Made by a program: the position numbers and the translations under genes
The notes under the pieces: generated by a model
What the model was told of the DNA's origin: nothing
Database searches by the model: none
The model's input: only the letters and a program-made list of their open reading frames with translations
Virus record (IMG/VR): IMGVR_UViG_3300045988_183361
Origin: a virus
Length of the DNA: 64,000 bases
Strand: one strand, 5' to 3'
Part shown: positions 49,428 to 59,451 of the stretch, one piece after another
How positions within the stretch are numbered: the stretch's first letter is position 1
How the letters are laid out: each line of letters opens with the position of its first letter

Positions 49428-50747
49428 TTAATGAGTAATAATATTAGATAATGCAGTCATAATTTCTTCATTATTTTCTATTATTTGGTTTTTATCAAAA
49501 CCAATTATATACTGAACATAAAAATTATAAAGTACATCATAACTGATTTTGTAATCTAAAATTGACTTATCATTAATAACAGGGGCAAAATTATATTCTA
49601 TGCATAATTGCAATGACTTTAAATTTGCATATTTACCTTTAATAGCCTTTGAAATATCATTAATCCATAAAACATTATGTCCTGCTTCAAATTGATTCAT
49701 ACGCAAAGCTGTATATTCAATTTGGAATAATGACTTCTGTTCTTCAGCGGTAAATAATCTTTCAGGCTCAGCATACAATTTTTTAATATTTATAATATTA
49801 TTTGACATAAATTCAAGAATATTACAAATAATTCCACTACCAGTTATTGCTGTTACATTATCAATAGACGATGCTAAAATAGCGTGTTCCTTTAATTTTC
49901 CCTCTGGAATATCAATCAAAAGATTATTTGCTACAGAATTCATTTCTTTTGTTAATGTTTTTTTTATCTGTTTAATAATTTTTGCCTCAAAATATGTCGC
50001 TTTTATCATACTAAGTTCCTTAATATGATATTTTTCATATAATTCCACACCTAATATTTTTTGTAAATTATGTTTTGCTTCTATATCAGGGACAATAATG
50101 GTTTTGTTTTCATCAGTCTTTATATATAAAGAATATCTGAACACAGAAAAAGGGATACTTTTTATTGAACTGTAATTTTTATATATATTTGTTCTTTCAT
50201 TTAAAAAATTTGTTATATTATTTAATTCATCTTCTGTAAGATTTGATTTTTTCTCATTAACACTATAATGAGCTAAGAAATCTCTTATTGTATTTCCTCC
50301 ATAAATTTCAGTGCCGTTATGATTTTTTATGACATTACCGGCATTAATAATTTTGTCAGGAGTCATAAAATAATTTAAATCTAATCCTTTTAATTTAAAT
50401 ACCAAACCCTTATAAATCATTCCATAAGCTAAATCGGCTAATTCGATAATAGAGCGTGTAGGTAAATTTTCAATATTTAATTTAACAACATCATCATATT
50501 TAAATAAATTAATAAGTGCATTCTTTTTTGCATTATATCCATTTTGTAAATTATAAATATGTAATGGTGATAATTCTAATATATGCCTGCCGCACATATA
50601 TCCATACATTGTTTTATAAAAAATATCACATTTGTTATAATCATATTTAAATGCTTTTAAAATTTCTTTAGGATATTTCCTATTTGCTCTTTTTTTTACA
50701 TTATTGTTTTTATTACTATTTTCTTTAAATTCAACTTTTGTTATCAT
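49428..50747 (-). CDS. hypothetical protein
   Basis: ORF track; box at 50811. Confidence 0.5.
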   Translation of the reverse strand: MITKVEFKENSNKNNNVKKRANRKYPKEILKAFKYDYNKCDIFYKTMYGYMCGRHILELSPLHIYNLQNGYNAKKNALINLFKYDDVVKLNIENLPTRSIIELADLAYGMIYKGLVFKLKGLDLNYFMTPDKIINAGNVIKNHNGTEIYGGNTIRDFLAHYSVNEKKSNLTEDELNNITNFLNERTNIYKNYSSIKSIPFSVFRYSLYIKTDENKTIIVPDIEAKHNLQKILGVELYEKYHIKELSMIKATYFEAKIIKQIKKTLTKEMNSVANNLLIDIPEGKLKEHAILASSIDNVTAITGSGIICNILEFMSNNIINIKKLYAEPERLFTAEEQKSLFQIEYTALRMNQFEAGHNVLWINDISKAIKGKYANLKSLQLCIEYNFAPVINDKSILDYKISYDVLYNFYVQYIIGFDKNQIIENNEEIMTALSNIITH

Positions 50748-50873
50748 ATAAATCCTCCAAAATATATTAATCTTATATTGTTTGATAGAAAATTAATTCT
50801 ATATAATATATATGACAGAACAAAATAAAAAACAGGGCAATATATACCCTGTTTTAAATCATTAATTTGCATC

Positions 50874-51233
50874 CTAAATATTCATTTCTAAATATTTTTC
50901 TTGTTCATCATTTAATGCATCATATATTTCCGTAGAAGGAATTACTTCACAATTCATTAAACTATTATGATATGATTTTTCAGAAACATCATGACGTAAA
51001 TGATCAATAGGAACTCTTAGATTCCACATTTTTATTGCTTCATCTTTAGTCTTACCCATTCCACCGCTGGCTCCACAGCCTCCTTTTGCGTAATCGCAAG
51101 TAATCTTAAAGCCATTAGTTTTAATAGGGATAATACTCATTGAGTCCCACTTTCTACAAAATGGACATCTTTTGAGTCCTACCTTATTTGTTTTATTTAT
51201 TGCATTTGTTGACACTGTTGCTGTTGTTACCAT
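50874..51233 (-). CDS. Lar-like restriction-alleviation zinc-ribbon protein
   Basis: LKRCPFCRKW...TCDYAKGGCGASGGMGKTKDEAIKMWNLRV matches the CPFCG...C..C..EAI..WN.R pattern of the Lar family. Confidence 0.45.
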   Translation of the reverse strand: MVTTATVSTNAINKTNKVGLKRCPFCRKWDSMSIIPIKTNGFKITCDYAKGGCGASGGMGKTKDEAIKMWNLRVPIDHLRHDVSEKSYHNSLMNCEVIPSTEIYDALNDEQEKYLEMNI

Positions 51234-51263
51234 TATTGTATTCTCCTTTTTTCTAGTTGTTTT

Positions 51264-51776
51264 TTAAATTGATGAATTCGAAGAAGTAATTGTATGTTCA
51301 ATATTTTCAATTCTTATATTATCATCAAATAATTTTTCTATTGGTGATTTGTCCTTATCGGAAATCAAATTATATTTATTAGCAATTCTTGGCATCATTC
51401 TATGTAAATCTTCAAGTTTAAAACTTCCGTAAAAACTCAGAAAATTCTCACGATTCATACTATAATTGCTATCAGAGTTTTTATAAAATTGATTTATTTC
51501 TCTTCTTAAAGCTTCTTGTATTATACTTGGAAGCTCTGATACACATGTATGACGGTCTACTATACCTGCATCATACCAGTTATACTTTTCTAAATCAGCC
51601 TTAGAAATAATAGTTTTGGATAATAAAAATCCAAATGCAGTTATTCTTTCTGACTTTTCAGATTCATGCTTCTTTATAATGATATCTTTAGCTTCATTAA
51701 AATTTTGAAAAGCTATTGGCTCAATTGAATCCGGGATTTCCTCTATCGTATCTTTTAAAGCATAATATTTATACAT
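51264..51776 (-). CDS. hypothetical protein
   Basis: ORF track. Confidence 0.45.
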   Translation of the reverse strand: MYKYYALKDTIEEIPDSIEPIAFQNFNEAKDIIIKKHESEKSERITAFGFLLSKTIISKADLEKYNWYDAGIVDRHTCVSELPSIIQEALRREINQFYKNSDSNYSMNRENFLSFYGSFKLEDLHRMMPRIANKYNLISDKDKSPIEKLFDDNIRIENIEHTITSSNSSI

Positions 51777-51788
51777 AAAATTACCTCC

Positions 51789-52004
51789 TTAAGATGCCAA
51801 TACAGTTGCATCAATAATATCGATTACTTTTCTCAATCCATCATTATATGTTTTGCTTCCGCAAATAATATTAATAATAGAATCCTGAGTTCTGTTATCA
51901 TTTAATACACAAAAATCATCTGCTATTACCATTAATTGTTGTGCATCTGTAATTGGCATTAATATTTTTCTGTCACCTATCATTTTTTGATATCTCTTCT
52001 TCAT
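51789..52004 (-). CDS. hypothetical protein
   Basis: ORF track; box at 52042. Confidence 0.45.
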   Translation of the reverse strand: MKKRYQKMIGDRKILMPITDAQQLMVIADDFCVLNDNRTQDSIINIICGSKTYNDGLRKVIDIIDATVLAS

Positions 52005-52119
52005 AATTTTTCTCCTTTGGCTTTGTTATCATATATATTGAATGACAGAAATATAAAATAAGATAAAAAATATGATACTGTTTCTTAAATTAAAATCTTA
52101 AATGCTGTGATTGTTTAAA

Positions 52120-52734
52120 TTAGTGTTTAGAAAACCATTCTATCCATTTACTTGTGTCTTGTAATTCTATGAATTTACTAGAATATTTTACGCAATCATA
52201 GTGTCCTATTGTGATTAGCGCATAAATAATAAAATTATTTTCATCGTTATTAATTTTGCAATTATAAGATATATTTCTTTTATTCTTTTCTAAGCAAAAG
52301 AATTTATTGTATATTTTTGTTTCATGATTAATTGACTGTAATACAACAACAATAATTTTATTATTTTTTTTAATACACATAAGATTTTTATTAAATAATT
52401 TTGATTCATATAATGAATAGACATTTTCTCCATCTCTAATTGTTCTATAGAAATATTTTTTTCGTTCATAATAACTTTCTTCCTGATCAATAATATAAAA
52501 ATCACTTGATTGAAAATTAAAAACGAATAATCTGTTTTTATCTGAAAATAAATTATAATAATTATTGTTATATGCAAGTGTTCCACTTAAATCAATTTTG
52601 TTATTTTCAGAAAGTCTTGAATTTTGTATTATATGCTTTTTGTTTTCTTGTATGATATCTGGGAATTTTAATTCATATGAATACAGTCCATTTTCTTTTT
52701 TGGTATTTTCAATACATGGTACATTAATAAACAT
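52120..52734 (-). CDS. hypothetical protein
   Basis: ORF track; box at 52779. Confidence 0.45.
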   Translation of the reverse strand: MFINVPCIENTKKENGLYSYELKFPDIIQENKKHIIQNSRLSENNKIDLSGTLAYNNNYYNLFSDKNRLFVFNFQSSDFYIIDQEESYYERKKYFYRTIRDGENVYSLYESKLFNKNLMCIKKNNKIIVVVLQSINHETKIYNKFFCLEKNKRNISYNCKINNDENNFIIYALITIGHYDCVKYSSKFIELQDTSKWIEWFSKH

Positions 52735-52847
52735 AATATCTATTTAACTCCTTAAATTAAAATCTTAATTAATAAATATATGACAGTTAAAAAATATTTT
52801 TTGAAAAACAATATAAAAAACAGCCATCAAATGATGACTGTTTTTGC

Positions 52848-53495
52848 TTAAGATTTTTTATTTTTAGCTTTTTTAATTATGCTCCAATCCTCTTCTGTGA
52901 AATATGGATACATATCATAGACTGCAAATTCTCCATCTTTTTTAGAAATTGTATATTCTAAAACAATATGAAGTCCATGACAGTCAAAAGGAATATCATA
53001 ATTTGTACCTTTTACAATTCCTTTTCCTATAACCGTATTAGATACTATATCTATAACTAAACGATTATGTCTTCTGTCGTTGTAATAAATATCTCTATCC
53101 TCACACCAGTTCTGAATTTTAGAAATAATAGAAGTATTATTTGAAGCAATTAAAACTCTCTCTAATGCTTCAGATGCACTTTCTAATGAATCAAACCATG
53201 TAGGATGGAAGGTACCATTCTTAGCGCCTTTAATTCCTTTCTTTTCTTTTGTAGCTTCAGAAATTTTATTTATAGCCCATGAAATTTCTGGAGCTATATG
53301 TTGTAGCACATGAGGAGTATGTTCCTCAACATAATCATTTGCTCCTGATCTGGTTTCAACCAAATCATTAGCTTCGAAATTGAAAAGATATTCTTCTGCA
53401 TCATAAAATTTTTCGATATATGATGCTACATTAAAAAAATCCTTTTTATATGTGCCAGCCTTTTTGTCTGACATAATTTCATTTAATTCTGCCAT
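52848..53495 (-). CDS. hypothetical protein
   Basis: start moved to ATG 53493-53495 with SD GAAAGGAACG. Confidence 0.5.
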   Translation of the reverse strand: MAELNEIMSDKKAGTYKKDFFNVASYIEKFYDAEEYLFNFEANDLVETRSGANDYVEEHTPHVLQHIAPEISWAINKISEATKEKKGIKGAKNGTFHPTWFDSLESASEALERVLIASNNTSIISKIQNWCEDRDIYYNDRRHNRLVIDIVSNTVIGKGIVKGTNYDIPFDCHGLHIVLEYTISKKDGEFAVYDMYPYFTEEDWSIIKKAKNKKS

Positions 53496-53527
53496 AGTGC
53501 AGCGTTCCTTTCTTCGCAATGTGCGAA

Positions 53528-53573
53528 CAAAAAAAGCTACCCTAAAAAGTCTATAAAGACATTTTAAGGTAGC
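53528..53573 (-). terminator. intrinsic terminator after 53604..53984
   Basis: 17-bp imperfect hairpin GCTACCTTAAAATGTCT...AGACTTTTTAGGGTAGC followed by U7 on minus strand. Confidence 0.6.
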
Positions 53574-53603
53574 TAAACAAATAGTTCTAATTTTCAAAAT
53601 TAT

Positions 53604-53984
53604 TTAATCTGGATTATATGGATATTCTATAAAGAATTCATATTCCGGATTGTCGCTCATTAAGCGGGCAATATTTTCTGCTTTGGATACATAATATGTA
53701 TGTCTGTTATCCAACCCATCCTTTTCATTAAGCATTTCGCACTTAGCTCGTGTAACAATCTTATGAAACTGATTCCCGGATAAATCTACAATTATTTCGT
53801 TATCTCTATAGAAATAATCAATATTCTTTTTTTCAAGAATTTTGTTAATATAAGGAATTAATTCTTCTTTTGCCTTCTTAAAATGTCTCATATATAAGAC
53901 TCCCTTCTTGGAGTTATTCTCCATTAAATTTATTGATAAAAAATATATGACAGAAAAAACAGTATATGTTAAAGATTTATCCAA
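53604..53984 (-). CDS. hypothetical protein
   Basis: ORF track. Confidence 0.5.
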   Translation of the reverse strand: MDKSLTYTVFSVIYFLSINLMENNSKKGVLYMRHFKKAKEELIPYINKILEKKNIDYFYRDNEIIVDLSGNQFHKIVTRAKCEMLNEKDGLDNRHTYYVSKAENIARLMSDNPEYEFFIEYPYNPD

Positions 53985-56310
53985 ACTGTTGTCTTTTTAT
54001 TAAAATATTATTATATATTTCATCCCAGTATTTATTTATAGCATCAATTTCTTGTTGATCAGTTAATGCGTTCTTATCGATAATAACATCATCAAGACTT
54101 TTTATAACAGTATTAGCAGTTTTATAATCTGAAATATTAGTATTCTCAGCTTCTTTTAAAGCATCATATGCTTTTTTGTAACAAAAACTGGCCTTTTCAT
54201 AATTAGGAAAATCGATTTGAAAAAAATCTTTTTTACCAGAATTATAATTACATTTTTTCCCTTCCCAGTCAATATAATGCTCATAAATAGTTTCAGGTTT
54301 CTCAAATTCCTTATTATCTAAATTCTGGTGCAAATATTCATTAAACTGCTTCCATATTTCTCCACATATTGCTGAACCATTATCAAAATTTTTAGGAATA
54401 TCATATCCGGTCCATATACATGTTGTGTAATATGGTGTATATGCACATAGCCAAGAGTCCTTGTTATCATTCGTTGTTCCAGTTTTTCCTGCACAAATCT
54501 GATTATCTATTTGATAATTTTTGACGTATCCTTCTGTAAAATTTGAAATTAAACAATCTGTCATCATATAAGCGGTGCCTTTTTTATATACTTGAATATC
54601 TTCTTTATTTTGATATATTTCTTCATTTTGACGCAACATATGTTTGATGCATGTATTATTATTGTATTTACCATTATTAGCTAATGCATTGTATGCTTTA
54701 GTCATGTTTTCTACTGTTACACCATTTGTAAAACCACCTATGGCAATTGCAGCATTATTATTATCTTCATATGAAATATTATAAAAGTGCATTTTATTTA
54801 AATACTCTAAACAATTATTTATTCCAACATTCATTAATGTTTTAACAGCCGTTGTATTGACTGATTGTAATAAAGCTGTTCTTACTGAAATATTGCCTCT
54901 GTAATATCCATCATGATTTTTAGGCTGATATTTACCCTCAAGTGGAGAATCCAAAATCATAGATGATGGATGATAGTCTAAAATATCAAAAGCCGGAGCA
55001 TAATCTAATATTGGTTTAATGGAAGAGCCTGGTTGTCTAGGAGATTGATATGCTCTATTTATATATTCATTATCTTCTTGTCCACCTATAATTGCTCTAA
55101 CATATCCAGTTTCATTATCAATACACATGGATGATGTTTGAAGAAGATGCCGCCCATCCTCGGATAAGCTGTTATCATATTGTGATAAAACATTTTTTGA
55201 AATTTGTAATAGCTCAAGCTGCTTATCTTTATCTATTGAAGTATATATCCTGTATCCTCCAGTTAATATTTCTTCTTTGTACTTAGAGTATATTTTATTA
55301 TATTGATTAATATAATCTTGCTCATCTTCTGAAGAATCAAAAAGGTATTTAAAATTAAATCCATTTATTTCCATAAGATATTCAATAGAACATTTAAGTG
55401 TATATGAAAATTCATAAGATGTTGGTAAATCAGATGTTTCTTTATATAAAATTAAATCAAGAGGATCTTCTAATGCTTCATTGTATTGTTTTTCTGTAAT
55501 TATTTTCTGATTATACATTGTATTAAGGACTTGATTTCTTTTACATATTGCTAATTCATAATTTGTTTCAGGATTATATTTTGTAGGGGCATTTGAAATA
55601 CCTATTAACATTGCGGCCTGAGATATTGTTACATCAGATGCATCACATCCAAAATAATATTTACAAGCTGCCTGAATTCCGTAACAATTGCTGCCGTAGA
55701 AATTAGAGTTTAAATACATTTCAAGTATTTGTTCTTTAGAATATGACTTTTCCATTTCAAGTGATGCTATCATTTCAGTAAGTTTTCTATCTATTGTTTT
55801 GTCTGAATTTTTTATAACAATATTTTTTACAACTTGTTGTGTGATTGTACTGCCGCCCTGAGTTATTTTCCCTTTATTCTTTATATAAGCCAAAGAAGCT
55901 CGTAACAATGCTTTAGCATCAATACCTTTATGAATATAGAAATTCTTATCTTCCACAGCAATATATCCTTGTATTATATAATCACTGACATCGCTGATAT
56001 TAACATATTCATAAGAGCCGTTAATATTAGCTGCCATTAATGTGCCATCATCATAATAAAAATATGTATTCAGTTCTTTATTAAATTCATTTTGGTTCAT
56101 ATTTTGTAATGACTCATATGCATTTTCCTGTGCCAATTTGAATTTACTGTAAAATTTAATATAAAATACTGATAATGATATTAAAGATAATAATATGACT
56201 ATCATAATAATCAATATAAAAATTTTAAATATGGTTAAAAGATGATTTTTCTGTTTTTTTAGTGGAATATTTTTATCATCATTATAAAGTGGTTGTTTTT
56301 TAGAACTCAT
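53977..56310 (-). CDS. class A penicillin-binding protein (GT51 transglycosylase + transpeptidase)
   Basis: N-terminal [14 protein letters not shown] (GT51), [11 protein letters not shown] (SxxK), KTGTT (KTG). Confidence 0.8.
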   Translation of the reverse strand: MSSKKQPLYNDDKNIPLKKQKNHLLTIFKIFILIIMIVILLSLISLSVFYIKFYSKFKLAQENAYESLQNMNQNEFNKELNTYFYYDDGTLMAANINGSYEYVNISDVSDYIIQGYIAVEDKNFYIHKGIDAKALLRASLAYIKNKGKITQGGSTITQQVVKNIVIKNSDKTIDRKLTEMIASLEMEKSYSKEQILEMYLNSNFYGSNCYGIQAACKYYFGCDASDVTISQAAMLIGISNAPTKYNPETNYELAICKRNQVLNTMYNQKIITEKQYNEALEDPLDLILYKETSDLPTSYEFSYTLKCSIEYLMEINGFNFKYLFDSSEDEQDYINQYNKIYSKYKEEILTGGYRIYTSIDKDKQLELLQISKNVLSQYDNSLSEDGRHLLQTSSMCIDNETGYVRAIIGGQEDNEYINRAYQSPRQPGSSIKPILDYAPAFDILDYHPSSMILDSPLEGKYQPKNHDGYYRGNISVRTALLQSVNTTAVKTLMNVGINNCLEYLNKMHFYNISYEDNNNAAIAIGGFTNGVTVENMTKAYNALANNGKYNNNTCIKHMLRQNEEIYQNKEDIQVYKKGTAYMMTDCLISNFTEGYVKNYQIDNQICAGKTGTTNDNKDSWLCAYTPYYTTCIWTGYDIPKNFDNGSAICGEIWKQFNEYLHQNLDNKEFEKPETIYEHYIDWEGKKCNYNSGKKDFFQIDFPNYEKASFCYKKAYDALKEAENTNISDYKTANTVIKSLDDVIIDKNALTDQQEIDAINKYWDEIYNNILIKRQQFG

Positions 56311-56344
56311 AATTTTTCTCCTTTATATTTATTTACACAATAAA

Positions 56345-56358
56345 TATGACAGAGAATA
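56345..56358 (-). promoter_or_regulatory. TTCTCTGTCATAT box for the PBP gene
   Basis: preceded by terminator AAAGCTCTCACCTTAATGGTGGGAGCTTT + U-run. Confidence 0.5.
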
Positions 56359-56588
56359 ACAAAAAGCTCCCACCATTAAGGTGAGAGCTTTAATCAAAGT
56401 TGCTAGTAGAATTGTAAAATTCTATTAAAGTGTATTTTTACAACAAAATTACCGGCTTTAACAAAAGTGCTAGTCTTTGAGGAGGCATATATGTATGCCT
56501 AATATATACCGACAATATTTTATCACATTGTAAATTATAATACAATATTGATTTAATTATTATATGACAGATTTTTGACTGCAAATTT

Positions 56589-57722
56589 TTACATAATTTT
56601 ATTTTTGCCTGTTCTTTTAGCTTTATATAAATTTTTATCTGCTGCATCAAATAAATCATGAACGGTATTATTTTTTTTATATTCTGTTATTCCTCCAGAG
56701 AAAGTAAATTGCTGCGGAATATTCTCATATTTAATATTGTTGAATTTAATTCTGATATCGTTAATTATATTATACGCCTCAGTATATTCATAATCTGCAA
56801 ATAATATTCCGAATTCTTCACCTCCATATCTGGCGACAAAAATATTTGATTGGTTAATATTTTGAAGTTCCTTAGCTAAATTAATTAAAACAGTATTTCC
56901 AAATTCATGTCCATATGTATCGTTAACTGATTTAAAATCATCTATATCTATTATACAAAAATAAAGTTTTTTCTTATATGATATCCATTTCTTTGTTGTA
57001 TTAAAAAGAGACCTATAATTATCTAATCGAGTTAATCCATCTTGTGAAATTTCTTTTAATAATTGCGCATTTCTATTTTCAGATAAAACCAGTTTAAGTT
57101 CTTTTTCTTTCTCATATTTAATAACAAGTCTCGAATAAATATATGCAAATATTGTTATGATACATGATAAAAACATATATATTAAATAATTTGATGGTAA
57201 CTTATTTAATTCAGAGATTGATGATAATGAAATTGTAATAATTTCAAATTGACTTATCAAAAATAATTGCCAATTAACCTTGTTACTACCATATACAATA
57301 CACATAAAAATTGGGCAGGCTATTAATGTATATAATACCGGATAATTATAATGAATGATAATTGAAACCACTATAATTAAAGTTAAAATATACAAAGGCA
57401 TGGCTTCATATATTTCTGGTATAATATTATCTTGATATTTTCTTATGATTTGTCTACCGGTAAACCATATTATTAAATTAGATGTAGTAGGTGTAAATAC
57501 ATTCAATATAATATAAGATAATATATTTATTGTTTGTTTTTCTATTATTATATGTATTGGTATAAATAATAATTCAAAAACAAATATTGTGATTATTATA
57601 AGAAGGTTAATAGCCATTATTTTATTTTGAAATTTATTATACAAATATGCGTATAAACTGGTTTGTTTTTCTGTATGCTCTATTGTATTATCTTGTATTT
57701 TAATTTTTTCTATTGTTTTCAT
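56589..57722 (-). CDS. membrane-anchored GGDEF diguanylate cyclase
   Basis: 5-6 TM N-terminus; RYGGEEFGILF active-site motif. Confidence 0.8.
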   Translation of the reverse strand: MKTIEKIKIQDNTIEHTEKQTSLYAYLYNKFQNKIMAINLLIIITIFVFELLFIPIHIIIEKQTINILSYIILNVFTPTTSNLIIWFTGRQIIRKYQDNIIPEIYEAMPLYILTLIIVVSIIIHYNYPVLYTLIACPIFMCIVYGSNKVNWQLFLISQFEIITISLSSISELNKLPSNYLIYMFLSCIITIFAYIYSRLVIKYEKEKELKLVLSENRNAQLLKEISQDGLTRLDNYRSLFNTTKKWISYKKKLYFCIIDIDDFKSVNDTYGHEFGNTVLINLAKELQNINQSNIFVARYGGEEFGILFADYEYTEAYNIINDIRIKFNNIKYENIPQQFTFSGGITEYKKNNTVHDLFDAADKNLYKAKRTGKNKIM

Positions 57723-57862
57723 AATAATATTTATTAATCACTGAATCCCTTATCTTCAGATAAGGGAAGAAGCAATTCTCCTTTCTGCCATATTGCATCT
57801 TTTTGTTTCTAATATATGAGCATTTTACAAAGTTATTATCATTTTTTTTATTAAATCTAACA

Positions 57863-59077
57863 TTACTCTGTTGCATCATAAAATTCTTTCTCTGGATACA
57901 ATTCGTTTAAATTTTCTGCTAAATCTATTTCTTCAAGTAAAGCATTATAATTCATTTTAATTTTTTCAGATTTAATTAAACTTAACATAGCATCTGCAAT
58001 TACAGGATCAAATTGAGTACCTTTACCCTTTTCAAGCTCATTAACTACAATTATTGAATCTAAATGTTTCCTATATACTCTGTCACTTGTCATTGCGTCA
58101 AAGGCATCTGCTACAGAAATAATTCTTGCAATATAAGGTATTTGTTCTCCCTTTAAGCCATCTGGGTATCCTTTTCCGTCATATCTTTCATGATGATATT
58201 TTGCTCCTAAATCAATGTCCTTAAGCATTGACATATCTTTTAAGATATTTCCGCCTATTACTGTGTGGTTCTTCATTACTTGGTACTCTTCATTTGTTAA
58301 TTTTCCTGGTTTGTTTAATATGCTATCCGGAATTCCTAGTTTTCCTATATCATGCAATAGTGCTATTGAATGAATATCTTCAATCTCATTTTTATTCATT
58401 CCTAATTTATATGCTAATAAGGCTGTATAATCTGCTACTCTGGTTGAATGGCCTTTGGTGTAATTATCTCTGGCATCGATAATATTTGCTATAGTTGTAA
58501 CTGTTTGGAGAGACATTTTATTAATTTGTTCTATTTGATTTATTATTGTTTGTGTATTTTGCAAATTTAGGTCTGTATTTCTTTTATAAAACTTTGAAAC
58601 AATATATGCTGCTGCAAAGCATAAAATAATTATTGCAAGTTGAATCTCCATGTCTTTGCCACCTGATTTATCAATTTTATTATATGTCTTAATAAATATT
58701 GCTGTAATATTCAACACTGTCGAAAATAACCCGGTTACTATAATTAAAGTTGGATCATAATATAAAATTAAAAGCAGGATAATTGGGAATATATAAGTAA
58801 AACATAAAACAGTATTTCCTGTAAATAAGGTAAATGTATACATTATTAAAAACGAGAATGTTACAAAATATTTTAAAAATAGCCAGTTTTTATTATAAAT
58901 AAAAACCAACCACCCTGTTAAATTCGGGATACTAATTAATATAGCAAATATTGCAAAATATGGTGGTGATATAGCATGTTTTAACATTTCACCAAAATAA
59001 ATGCCTAATAGTGTTATTGTTATTACTGACCAACCACATAAAAGTGATGTATTTAATCTTTCTTGTTCTCTATCCAT
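57863..59077 (-). CDS. membrane-anchored HD-GYP c-di-GMP phosphodiesterase
   Basis: multi-TM N-terminus; LHDIGK (HD) and HHERYDGKGYP (GYP) motifs. Confidence 0.8.
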   Translation of the reverse strand: MDREQERLNTSLLCGWSVITITLLGIYFGEMLKHAISPPYFAIFAILISIPNLTGWLVFIYNKNWLFLKYFVTFSFLIMYTFTLFTGNTVLCFTYIFPIILLLILYYDPTLIIVTGLFSTVLNITAIFIKTYNKIDKSGGKDMEIQLAIIILCFAAAYIVSKFYKRNTDLNLQNTQTIINQIEQINKMSLQTVTTIANIIDARDNYTKGHSTRVADYTALLAYKLGMNKNEIEDIHSIALLHDIGKLGIPDSILNKPGKLTNEEYQVMKNHTVIGGNILKDMSMLKDIDLGAKYHHERYDGKGYPDGLKGEQIPYIARIISVADAFDAMTSDRVYRKHLDSIIVVNELEKGKGTQFDPVIADAMLSLIKSEKIKMNYNALLEEIDLAENLNELYPEKEFYDATE

Positions 59078-59117
59078 AGGTCCTCCTTATAGTCAAAAAA
59101 AGTTATATTAATATATA

Positions 59118-59131
59118 TATGACAGATAATA
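59118..59131 (-). promoter_or_regulatory. CTGTCATATAT box for the HD-GYP gene (probably also GGDEF)
   Basis: 40 nt upstream of ATG 59077, SD AAGGAGG; no box between HD-GYP and GGDEF. Confidence 0.5.
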
Positions 59132-59295
59132 TTAAAAAAAGAGTTCAACGTGACTAAGTAAGATCATGCTTACCGTTACCGCTGAACCCTTTTTATAAAA
59201 AATATAATTAGCTCCTTTATTTTTAGCTAATAATAATATGACAGAATTAAAATAAATAAAGCGTAGAATAATTAATTCTACGCTTTACACAATCA

Positions 59296-59439
59296 TTATT
59301 TATTAATTTTTTTCTGATGTAAATTATTTATAAAAGTGATTGCCTCAGGAGGCAATGGAGAAAATCTATATACTTTTTTCATTTCTTCTTCGCAGCATAT
59401 ACCTGCTCGTTTTAATTCATATATATTTTTCTTTTTCAT
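59296..59439 (-). CDS. small hypothetical protein (about 47 aa)
   Basis: own translation MKKKNIYELKRAGICCEEEMKK...; SD GGAGGAAATTTT; followed by a terminator and a TGTCATAT box. Confidence 0.3.
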   Translation of the reverse strand: MKKKNIYELKRAGICCEEEMKKVYRFSPLPPEAITFINNLHQKKINK

Positions 59440-59451
59440 AAAATTTCCTCC

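Noticed and set aside
56438-56659. ORF 56438..56659 (73 aa)
   Set aside because: Starts inside the 3' end of the GGDEF gene in another frame, no SD, low complexity; the downstream non-coding part is treated as an sRNA candidate instead.
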